Below are positions 12,426 through 23,856 of a stretch of DNA of 64,000 nucleotides, one piece after another. Position 1 is the first letter of the stretch, and each line of letters opens with the position of its first letter. The notes beneath the pieces were generated by a model. The model was not told where the DNA came from, did not search any database, and was given only the letters and a program-made list of their open reading frames with translations. The DNA lies in contig JAHLTZ010000033.1 of NCBI GenBank assembly GCA_025786725.1, positions 124,001-188,000 on the forward strand, read 5' to 3'. A program made the position numbers and the translations under genes. Source of the DNA: Syncephalis fuscata S228. Its lineage: Eukaryota; Fungi; Zoopagomycota.

Positions 12426-13511
12426 ATGTCAAATGCGTCTGGCTTATCAAGAAGGCGTGTGCCAGGCGCTGGGAAGCGCGATGGGTCGGGCGGCGACGAT
12501 GACGGCAGCATACACGGCAGTGATAACGGTGCAACTAGTCAGCGACTAGAGAATGGCAACAGTAGCGAGCTGCATGATGTTGATGAGTTTGCACCGCGAT
12601 TAACGCTAATGGAAGAAGTATTATTACTTGGCTTAAAAGAAAAGGAGGCAAGTAACAGCATATATTAAACTTGCCTTGTGTAATATTGATGGGCTAACAG
12701 CGCTACACATAAAGGGCTACTTGTCCTTTTGGAATGATAGCATCTCGTATGTTCTACGTGGCTGCATACTAGCTGAGTTGGCATTGCGAGGGCGTATTGG
12801 CATTGTCAGTGAAGGCGCCGCATTTCGACGAGCCACGACGGCCTTGGCAGAACAGCCAATTGAGGTGCTTAACCAGCGATCAACAGGCGAAGTTCTACTC
12901 GACGAAACATTAAAAATTATTAAAGCGGGCGAGCGAGCATCTATTCTAAATTGGATTGACTTTCTTAGCGGTAAAGCGAATAGACAAGCGGCATGTATTA
13001 TGAACTAATATATGCCAATTTATTTAGGTGAAACTTGGAATATAAGCAAGATTGGCTACCAGCTTAAACAGGTGCGTGAACGATTGGCTAAAGGTCTGGT
13101 AGACAAAGGTGTTTTACGAACGGAAAAGCGTAACTTTCTACTATTCGACATGGCAACACATCCCGTGCAGGACATGGCAGCAAAACGTATTGTTATTCAG
13201 AAATGCCTTGATCTTGTATTGGCACGGACACCGATGATATCGGACGACCCGGCACCTGATTACCAACTACGACGTATATTATTTGTTTGTGCATCCTACG
13301 CAGCCAATGTACTAGAAAACGCACTACCTATGCTTGAATTTGAAGGCGAGAAGCCTGCTATGCCAAAGCAGATGCACTTATTGCCGAACACAATCGATGG
13401 CCTATGCCTGAAGCATCATGGAAGGATTTAGAGAACTATATACCCAAAGCAAGCTTAGAAGTTATTGCAGGTGTATTTAGTGTATATGCACGAATGGATA
13501 GCGTGCTATAA
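12426..13511 (+). CDS. VPS74: Golgi phosphoprotein 3 / Vps74, 3 exons, with an apparent 1-nt frameshift near 13345
   Basis: [17 protein letters not shown]|[58 protein letters not shown]. The conserved C-terminus [17 protein letters not shown] lies in a shifted frame. GC-AG intron at 12648-12714. Confidence 0.93.
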
Positions 13512-13737
13512 TTCATATATTTACCTATCTATCTACCTATCTATCTATCTATCTATACTGTTCTCTTCGATTTTTGCATAAACAGTCTTGGCCAGTATCA
13601 TCAATTGAATGATATACACAACACAAATACATGAATACAACTAATAAAATAACTCTAAAGCGCGCATAACATATATTTAAATGATTGATAATAGCTAGGT
13701 GTACATAAACAATAACATATCTAGACCAAGCAAAGAA

Positions 13738-14222
13738 TCAAGTCATAAAGCTCTGGCCACAGCCACATGATTCTTTAACATTCGGATTATTGAAGACAAA
13801 CCCGGCCGATAGTTTGTCTTCTACGTAGTCCATTTCTGAACCAATGATGGTAAGTAGAGCATTTGATGCTACTAGCACAGTAACACCTAGTAATAGGCTG
13901 ATTAGCACGGCTGTATAACAAATAACTCATTCGGTATACTTACCATCTTGTTTAACCACTTCGTCAAATTTATTTTTCTCCTTGACGTATTCTAGATTGT
14001 AAGATTTACCCGAACATCCCTTGTTCTTGACACCAACACGCAGTAATCGTGACTCTTTAGTATCGGTCATCGATTGAAGTCTTTGAATAGCAGCAGGGGT
14101 CTATAAACATAGATCGTTACTACAGGTACCGATCACTGCTTTCCAGTACCTACCAATGACAAGATCGCACGACGGGGTCTAGCCCGTGCGGCTGAAGCGC
14201 CTACTTGACGAATAGCGTTCAT
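13738..14222 (-). CDS. ISA1: Mitochondrial A-type iron-sulfur cluster assembly protein ISA1, 3 exons
   Basis: Arg-rich presequence, LSL|TPAAIQRL, RVGVKNKGCSG, IIGSEMDYVEDKLSAGFVFNNPNVKESCGCGQSF. Confidence 0.95.
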
Positions 14223-14600
14223 TTTAGTGTATAAAATAGCGTAGCAATAGCTGTGGTATTCAAAAGATGAAATGAAAGGTAGCGAGTGAATCCAAGTCAG
14301 GGTGAGAAAATGAAACATTTATAGATTATAGATGTTAATAGTGCTTATTAATTTAATGCCTTTGAATTTATTTATTAATTTCTTGAAGCTGCTATATTTT
14401 AACTCTTATATCTTTTATTTATCCATTTCACCATCTTTTTCTTAATACTTTTAAACGCAATTAAACATCCATTCATCACTACACCATGTATAATATTGCA
14501 TCTAACATTAATTAATTAATGTTTAGTTATCGGTACAATAATGTAATGTAATTAGTTATCTCTATTATTGCTTTAATATATATATTATCATTTATTTAGT

Positions 14601-14890
14601 CAGATTGATTATAGAAAAAGTGGCTGTTTAATAAACAGCTTTTATACTAATACTATTGATATTGATCTTACATCACAAATATGCCCAACATGCAATAGTA
14701 GAATATTAGAAAATAGAAAAGATTATTCAGATGCAATAATTCATGCTGTACATAGATGCAATAACAACAAATGTGGAATGACATGGAATTGCAATTATAT
14801 GGCTTTTATTAATATTCCATCAATCTTTCTACACATGACCAACAACAACAATGATCAACCTCAAATGTTTCAATGGAATCAAATGATATG
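14601..14890 (+). mobile_element. Decayed Fanzor/TnpB (OMEGA nuclease) C-terminal fragment
   Basis: The frame of ORF 14778 extended upstream reads TIDIDLTSQICPTC..IIHAVHRCNNNKCGMTWNCNYMAFINIPSIFLHM..QPQMF. This matches the TnpB/Fanzor pattern (I/V)DE..TSQ.C..C ... C..C...WNRD..AA.NI ...RP..F with the catalytic E and D lost. Confidence 0.7.
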
Positions 14891-15519
14891 TTACATTATT
14901 TATTTAAATCAATATATTAACAATATTTTAATAGAAAGTAATATAACTATGTTGCGTATAACAACAGCATAACCTCAGTTGAAACAAATCTGCTTTAGAG
15001 ACTCAAAACAAGAAAATTAACGTAAAATTTAATTTATTTAATAAATTAAATAGATGAATAAAAGATTATATTTATTTAATAATTAAAATTAGTAATAACT
15101 ATGCTATATACTACTTTATTAGTTAAAGCTTTTTATAAAAATATATCTATATTAATAATTGATCAGTCATCTAAATGAACAGATTTATTGTTGTAAATAG
15201 AGTCTTTTCATTCAATAGCTAGTGTTTATAATACACAATATTAACTAAACACTATCTTTATATTAGCCATCTATTTATATCATTTATGAAATATATACAA
15301 TAATTTATTATTTTCTTTTAAAATAGTATTACTATTGGGCAGTAAACGAATGATAAATCAATAACCAAATTTCTAATTAATGCAAGCCGTGAAATGGCAC
15401 GATGGTTGATTTACCAATGTAACTGTTTGAAATACATAAAGAAATAAAAATGAATAGGTGACATTCATAGAGAGAAATAGAGAATAAAGAGAGAAAGAGA
15501 AAGGTAAAAATGAGTCACA

Positions 15520-17571
15520 TCAAGGTGCAGGCGTTTTTGAAGCAGAAAATAAATCAAGTTCTAATGGAATAATTGGCGATGGAAGTATATCGATGGGCAG
15601 TAAAGGCACATCAGCATCTGCTTCCATTTCAGCTTCTTCTAACATACTGGGCCAGTCAATGGCGGTGGTTGAGCCATAATAGCGCAATAAAGGTTGCGTT
15701 GGCAGGCCAGCAAGAACAGATACTTGGGCCAATTGGTTACTACTTTGTCGTTGAGCATGAAATCGCCGCGAGGCAAAAGAGCGCGGCGAAGGCGGTGATA
15801 TTATTTCATTACTATTAATATTATTGCTATTGCTATTGCTGTTAATACTGTTGTTATTACTATGGTTACTATTAACAGTGGTCATATTGGTCATAGTATT
15901 CATATCACCAAACGTATTGTTATTGTTATTATTATTATTATTGTTATTGTTGTTATAGTTATGGTTATGGTTATTGCTGCTACTACCTGGTTGATAATAA
16001 TTGGTATAAACACTATAGCTATCTATTTCAGTTGAATCAGAAGCAATAGAATGAGTAGAGCGACGAGAAGGCGCTCTAGGTACTGCATGAACTGTATGTC
16101 GTCGTTGTCGAAGCATAGAAGTAAACCGATCCTCTTCATCTTCTGTATCCATAAAAGAACGTCGTACTTGTGTACGAATATCCTGTGCCTCATCATCTCG
16201 TCGTCCCGCTAATATCCCAAATAAGTAATAGTTACCTAGATAATACAAATATAGACAAAAAAGAGAGTCACTTACGTTTTAATCGTACAAATGAAGGGGT
16301 CGACCGAATAATACGCGAATGAGGTGCATCTGGATACAAAGCCATCTATAATAAATAACACGTCATTACTAAACCCACCACTAGTATGCGTTAATGTACT
16401 TGCCCGTAAATCATCGCGCAATTGCATAAATCGAAATATTGATTCTAGTTGTGGATCTGTATCAAGTAGCGCGAGTAGATCACGCACGGCTACCATACGA
16501 CGGTCACACCGTTGAGCGTGTAGACCGAGTTCTGCCGCCAAATGGCGTGCCACTTCTCGGATGATACAGCCCAGCAGTATCAAATGTTCGGCATAAGCCC
16601 GTCGACGTCGTTTTGACATGCGTGCACCTGAAACATCACGAACAATGCCGGTACGCCGAAATGAAAGTGACTTTGCCGCCTGATGACGGAATAAATCACA
16701 CAATTCAACACTATTTAACATGGCTGATCCATGCTGTTCTTCACCAATACAAGTGGCCAAGTCTTCCATACTTTCTTGTGCATCCTGACTACTGCTCGGT
16801 TGACGTTGAAAGTACTGATGCGCAGATACACTACTCCAAGTATGACTACCACGGTGACTAAATTCACTACGCTGTGTATCTTCTTTACTAAGTGTAGTCG
16901 TAGTAAATGTAGAGTGATGCGGTCGTCGTTGGTGGTAATACTGTTGTTGTTGTTGTTCTTGTGGTTCTTGCTGTTGTGGTGGTTGTTCATAATAATCACA
17001 CTGGTCGAGTGATGTATCAGGTGTGTGGCTTGTGTATGGTGTCCAACAACCAAACATGCGTTCCATTAAATCCAATTTCCTTCCTGATTTGCCATTGGTG
17101 TTTAATGCACAGGCCCGAATACATGCTTCTTGTAAGGCACCCGGCAAGAACATGTGTTCAGCAGTTACGCGGATATTGGTCCGTGTAACCGGAGTTGGAA
17201 TTTCTCCACAAAAACGAATCACTAATTCATCAAGAAATGTATTAACTGCCTGTACGGCCTCTTTACTAGCTTGAATACCCGAAGGTAACAGGGAACGGGC
17301 CTGTCTAACTGTAACATAGACTGGCTTAAGCGGGGTTGTCGTTGTTATTGTACTATTTACGGGTGATGCAGAGGTAGGAATGACTGCAGCACCAATAGTA
17401 GTAGCGGCGGCTGAAGATACTATAGTTATATAAATAAACAAAACGCGTAGTTAGTAAACTATTGGATAACCGACCACCATCATACTACTTACACCGCGAA
17501 GAGGTACGTCCCTCTTTACTAAAAGAAATATTGCTAAAAGACCAAGCAATTGAGGCACGACGAAGTGACAT
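15520..17571 (-). CDS. Uncharacterised protein with a split histone-fold-like domain and low-complexity N/Q/S tracts, ~4 exons
   Basis: Exons 17571-17493, 17419-16404 and 16345-16276, then a last exon ending at 15520. Intron 16403-16346 is GC-AG. Helical blocks AVNTFLDELV and IIREVARHL..VAVRDLLALLDTDPQL. Confidence 0.7.
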
Positions 17572-18235
17572 ATTTTCAAATAGTAACAGATGAACTCATT
17601 CATAAACAATGTCGCCAGAATAATGCCAACCAGGGCATTCAAAGAAATAGAATAAATACAATCAATGATACTGGCTAACCAATTGGTTATAGTAGAGAAT
17701 AAGAGAGTACAGTCGCGTAATGAATTGACTTGCGTACAAATAATAAAGAATAAACACGAACAACTAAAACCAAAAATACAACAACTATAAATACCTACAA
17801 TAACTACAAAACAAATAAAACAACGACAACTGCACAACAATTGTTATTGTTCTTATTGTTGTTATTGCAATTATTGATGCTGCTGTTAAAGGTAGTGATA
17901 AAGAGATAGATGTGGGGACAATAGTGTGTGTGTGTGTTGTGTTGTGTTGTGTTCATGAATGGCCGAGTGCATTGCTGCATGTCTCTCTTTATGCATATCA
18001 ATAACCGACATTGTAGTATATGTGTGTGGCATGATCATCAGGCGACCCAGCACGGCTGATATCACTAGGTAACACTGTATCTATGGTGTATATTCTACAT
18101 ACTACACCCTCTCTCTCTGTGTCTCTCTATGAACAAGTAATATTCAATGTCCGTCTCCCCTTATCATGCTTTGTAGCCTGTTTATCGTGTGGTGCTATAT
18201 CTTTGTATCTTTATTTATGTCTATGACTGTGCTAT

Positions 18236-18266
18236 CACACACACACACACACACACACATACACAC
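18236..18266. repeat. (CA)n microsatellite in the divergent promoter region
   Basis: CACACA run seen directly. Confidence 0.85.
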
Positions 18267-18455
18267 TAGGGATGGTAAGAGGAAAGCAAGTAGAGCAAAG
18301 GTGGTCAAATAGGCCAACTGGTGTATTCAAGTTCCGCGCCAATCATCAATGCAGGAGAGACCAGTTTTACACAATTTATTTCCCCCTTAGAATGACGACA
18401 TACTATTTTCTCTACTACTTGCAAAATACTATCGAACAAACATTGCTTTCTACCT

Positions 18456-21400
18456 ATGGCTGATTCAGTACCAGTAATCACTACCGAATCACGGGCTAGT
18501 CCTACTATTCGTCCATTGGATGTACAGTCAGCACAGCGACTAAGCAGTGATCAGGTTATACGAGATCTGGGGTCTGCAGTAAAAGAACTCGTGGAAAATA
18601 GCCTTGACGCGGGTGCTCGGTCTATTGGTGAGAAATAAAACAAACAAAACAAAACACAACGCGATGTATAGCCAAGCCATTAATGCTCAACGTGATATAT
18701 ATTAATAGAAATACGTTTTCGCAATCATGGTCTAGACTTGATTGAAGTAGTCGATGATGGCAATGGTATTTCTACCGAGGATATACATGTGCTCGGTAAA
18801 TAGAAAATAGCCAGTATCTATCTATTTATTTACTGATTGATTGGTTATAGGTAGACGACATTATACATCTAAATTACGGCAATTTACTGATTTGGATCAA
18901 GTAATGTCCTTTGGATTTCGTGGTGAAGCATTGGCATCGTTATGTGCAGTATCAAGTCGTGTTCAATTGACCACAACAACATCAATTGATGCACCTCGTG
19001 CTACACGAATTACCTTTGACCAACAGGGCAATATTATTGAACAGACTAAAGTGGCGCGTACAGTATGTAGTCAATTACCATAACAGTTATTATGGTATGC
19101 ACTATAGCACTTGCTGATTGATCAGCTGTTCTATTAGGTAGGCACTACAGTATCTGTTGAAGGATTACTGGCAACATTGCCGGTAAGAAGAGCCGAGTTT
19201 AAACGGAATGCTAAACGAGAATTTGCTCGTGGATATCGATGGTTGCAATACTATGCCGTCATTTCTGAAGGGGTTAAATTTACTATACGTCATCCATCTG
19301 GTCAAGGGTAATTAAATAGATGTAGTATATAGATGGACTATGTATAATATATCTAATACATGATATAGTATTATGTTATCTACCGATGGCCATGCTGATC
19401 TATTAGGCAATATTGGTCAAGTATATGGCATAGTACAGACAAAGGAACTATTGCCTATTGAAACAACCTTTAATCTATCTTCATCTATAGAAGAAGTAGA
19501 AGAAGAAGAAGAAGAAGAAAAAGTAGAAGATAAAGAAGAAAAGATAAATAGAAGGTAAAGCTAATTAATTCATATTATAAATTATATCTAATTATTTAAT
19601 TATCTAATTGTTTAATTAATATAGTCAAAAGTGTACAATTATTGGATATATTTCACGAACTGAACAAGGATGTGGACGTAGTAGTGGTGATCGTCAATTA
19701 TTATATCTTAATAGACGACCTATTCAATTACCAAAGGTATTTATATTTATATTTATAAACTATATATATATATCCATTAATAATGATATATCCATATTAT
19801 TAGATGATTAAAATGTTAAATGATGTATATCGTACATTAAATGTACAACCTATGCCAGTTGCATTTATTAATATACAATTAGCACCAAGTAATTATAATC
19901 AATATTCACCTACTTGTTATTAATAGGATGATTAGATGAATATGATGTGAATGTAACGCCGGATAAACGAACAGTCATGATACACTATGAATCATCTATT
20001 ATTGAACACTTGAAGGTAAGTAACGTAGTCTATAATATAAATATTAATAACCATGTTATCAATAGACATATATAGAGAATATCTATCAACCAACACAACG
20101 TACATTTAAACTACAATCCAATCTACATCATTTCTCATCATCATTTGAGATTATTGATGATACAGCCAAGATAGACGATACTACTCATAGTTCATCACCA
20201 GCAATATCGTTAAGATCTACTAGTGGAGAAATGGCCAATATGAATCTATTATCATCTTCACCTTCCATGTCTAATACAGACTTTCAAGCCAAAGATATAT
20301 CACAAATATTGGAGAAGGAACAGTCGATACCTATTGATGATATAATAGATAAATCAGAACCTGAACCTGTAATAACTTTAAATACCGAGTCTATTAATAG
20401 ATCATCGTATAAAGTACAATCTATATCACCTGATAAACACCAAACAACATTGACAACATTTATAAATGATCGTGTACCAACACAACCTACGAGAAACTAT
20501 GAATTATTAATAGAAAATGAACCTTTAATACAAGATAATACAGTAGAGACGACAACTGTTAATGTTTATGGTGACATTGCTCTATCTACTCTACAATCAT
20601 CGAGTCAGCCATCATTAGCATCTAAAAGTACTGGAGTACAGGAAGAAGAAAGTATTGATAAAGAAGAAGAACAAGAAGAAGTAATAAATAAAGAAGCGGT
20701 AGATAAGAAAGAGGAAAGAATGGATAAAGAAGGAGAGATAACAAATAAGACTAAACGTCAACGTAGTCCATCTTTGTTAGAAGATTCATCATTAATATCA
20801 TCTAAACGATCAGCTAATTTAGAAAATGTAGAAATAATGACTACTTTTAACAAGGATATATGTTATACATATCATGAACAGTTAAAAGATAATAGTAGTG
20901 ACAACAACAACAACAACAACAACAGTCATAGTAACAATAATCCAATTACATCATTGGCACAGAATCAGTATAAACTACGAATGGAAGCCGGTATTACTTC
21001 AGACCAAACAACGGCTGAAGAAGCATTATCTCGAGTAGTCAAGAAAGACGATTTCTATAGAATGGAGATTATAGGACAATTTAATCATGGATTTATTCTA
21101 GTATTACTTCCATATACCGATATGAATAATGATGGAAATACCATATTGAATAAAAGACATCAAGGCGATCTATTTATTATTGATCAACATGCTGCCGATG
21201 AGAAGTGGTGGTATGAAAAGTTAATTACTCAACCCCGAACTCGTCCACAGCCATTATTAAGGTATATATACATATAAATATAAATACATACATATATACA
21301 TACATACATACATACATAATATAAACTGTTGTTAGACCAAGACCATTACATGTGGGCGAATCGGAAAGAGTGGCTATTATAGAACACTTGGAGGTATTTC

Positions 21401-21892
21401 AACGTAACGGATATACTATTGAAGTGGATAATCAAGGACGACCCATGATTATTGCCCAACCTGTAGATGTAGATGCACTGGCTGGTAAGATTATAGTTTA
21501 ACATTAAAAGATATACTATTAAACCTATTCTATTAGATATTGAAGAGTTGGCATCACGTATTCAAGAAGGGGATGATTTGCGTACACTTTGTCCCTCTAA
21601 ATTCCTTTCTCAATGTGCTTCTAAAGCCTGTCGTAGGGCAGTGATGATAGGCGATCCATTAAATAAATCACAAATGGAAAAGGTAATTAACGATATATGT
21701 ATCTATATAGATAATAATGGAATTAATAACAGTATAATAGATTGTTAGACAATTAGGTGAATTACAACATCCATGGGTAAGTGAATAAGATAGTGTGTAT
21801 ATATATATATACATAGTAATCATCTATGATAGAATTGTCCACATGGCCGACCTACTATGCGTCATTTAGCCAATATGAATTTACTTGATTAA
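18456..21892 (+). CDS. PMS1: DNA mismatch-repair MutL homologue PMS1 (PMS2-type endonuclease), ~13 exons
   Basis: [43 protein letters not shown], endonuclease motif [22 protein letters not shown]|[12 protein letters not shown]. Confidence 0.96.
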
Positions 21893-22008
21893 GTATTATT
21901 ATATTTATAGTTATATTATATTATTTGGAAATAAATTATTGTTATAAAGTTATTCATATTATTACAACCACAATCAAATAAAACACACATTAACGCAAAG
22001 AAACAGTA

Positions 22009-23856
22009 TTACAGTATAAATTCTGATGGTGTTGGACATTGGCGCACACCAGAGAATATATCATCGGCCAGAGGAGGGCGACCAGGAAATCGAACTGGAA
22101 AAGAATGATAGTTATTCATTGAAGAAGTAGAAGCAGTTGTTGTTGTCGTTAATTGATTAGTAGTAGATGCTGGTGGAGGTAATGAAGACGTGGATACACT
22201 AGACCATGGATCTTGTCCAGGTAATCGTCCCTCTACTAGACTAATCGAGGGTCGATGTCGATATTGAGGAGGTGATCGGGCATAATAGCGTATAAATACA
22301 CCTTGATAGAGTTGCCATTCAATTTCGGCATAACATTCACGAAATAAATCAACCGTAATATCTTGTTCTTCAATCCGTCGTGTTACCTCTTCAATGGCAT
22401 GCTGTGTGAGATTTAATGATTGAGCATAATCAAGTGATTGAATAAATCGTTGATAAAAGTGATGATAAGCCGGTATCAATTGTGCAGTCACTAGGCGTGT
22501 ATTAGGATCAGGTGTATTGGCATCGGCGGCTATTTCTTGTAAACTTTGTCCAAGGGATACACTTGATGATGGTACATGATTTGTTGTGGTGGCGGTGGCG
22601 GTAATGGGTATACGCATGGGGGCTGATTGAGTAGATGACATCATAGGTATGGATAGAGGAAGTGATGGAACAGTCGTATTAGATACTTGTTGACTGGATA
22701 TACTCGATGAAGGAGTATGTGTAGATGGTTGTTGTTGTTCTGTTATGTTACTATGATGCATAGTGGTGGTAGATGGCATGGCTTCTGCTAATGGATCATG
22801 ACAGAGTAGTCCCCATCGAACAGAGGCAGTAAATACGCGATATTGATCTCGTTCAGTAAATAGTTGATAAGTGGCATTAATAAGTGTATGATACAACTCT
22901 ACAAATTCTATATGCGTATTGAATCCACGATCCAATGCATATTGAGTAAATAGACGCCATTGATCACTATCGGCTACCACGTGTTTCCAACCAGTTGTAT
23001 TACCAACGGGTCGGGTCAATTCAATGTTGGGCGGTGCAGCAAGTAAAGACCGTCCAATACTAAGGAGTTCATAACAAGAGATGGCAATAATGGGCCATCC
23101 AATATAGTAGATACCAAGATAGGAACGGAGTCCTAATTGTAGTCCAAAGCATATCCACCATACACTTAGTGTGATAACTAGTTCGGTGCCAAGTAGATTG
23201 GATGATGTTTGTTGTAAATGCTGGTGTATCCATAATGCTAACAGTGTACAGCATAGTGAATAAAGACCAATACCCACATCAAGTAGATAAATGGTTAGTG
23301 TAGTAGATTTGGTATCAATAAATAAATGGATTGCTTTAGATGGATTAATCCATAGTGGCAGCATGCCTAGGATGCATACTAAAAGACATCCAATAAAGCA
23401 TCCAAGACCGCCTAAATATTTAAATCTATGACAACTAATCATGGAAGCATTGTGGATGTAACGTTTGAGTTCCATTGCTTGACTATTCTCCCAAGGCCAT
23501 AAGGTATGTTGGTTAACGAGTGTTAACCAGCCTTTAAGCAGAGCACCGAGTGTACATAGCCACCATGCGTATGCTGATAGCCAGATACCGGCCAGTAGAC
23601 TCATGCCCATGTGCACGATCCACATTGATAGGCGGCCATTAAGCAGCCATACCACAAGGATGGCGACAATCCATAAACAGCCTAGATAGGCGGTCAATAA
23701 GATGTTTTTGGGACGGAATATTTCTTCTAGTTGGCCTTGAAGCAGTCGAAGTAGATAGCCTGTCGTTAATATACCAAATGACACAATGAATACACCAAGT
23801 AGTACGGCAAATACCGGTACATTCCAGTCCTCGTTAGAACCATGGTGGTTAGGCAT
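22009..23856 (-). CDS. Multi-pass membrane protein with a C-terminal RGS-like domain (GprK-like 7TM-RGS)
   Basis: About 7 hydrophobic segments, then RGS-like helices (WRLFTQYALDRGFNTHIEFVELY ... FYQRFIQ..SLNLT..LFRECYAEIEWQLYQGVFIRY) split by a Ser/Thr/Pro insert. Confidence 0.75.
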   Translation of the reverse strand: MPNHHGSNEDWNVPVFAVLLGVFIVSFGILTTGYLLRLLQGQLEEIFRPKNILLTAYLGCLWIVAILVVWLLNGRLSMWIVHMGMSLLAGIWLSAYAWWLCTLGALLKGWLTLVNQHTLWPWENSQAMELKRYIHNASMISCHRFKYLGGLGCFIGCLLVCILGMLPLWINPSKAIHLFIDTKSTTLTIYLLDVGIGLYSLCCTLLALWIHQHLQQTSSNLLGTELVITLSVWWICFGLQLGLRSYLGIYYIGWPIIAISCYELLSIGRSLLAAPPNIELTRPVGNTTGWKHVVADSDQWRLFTQYALDRGFNTHIEFVELYHTLINATYQLFTERDQYRVFTASVRWGLLCHDPLAEAMPSTTTMHHSNITEQQQPSTHTPSSSISSQQVSNTTVPSLPLSIPMMSSTQSAPMRIPITATATTTNHVPSSSVSLGQSLQEIAADANTPDPNTRLVTAQLIPAYHHFYQRFIQSLDYAQSLNLTQHAIEEVTRRIEEQDITVDLFRECYAEIEWQLYQGVFIRYYARSPPQYRHRPSISLVEGRLPGQDPWSSVSTSSLPPPASTTNQLTTTTTASTSSMNNYHSFPVRFPGRPPLADDIFSGVRQCPTPSEFIL

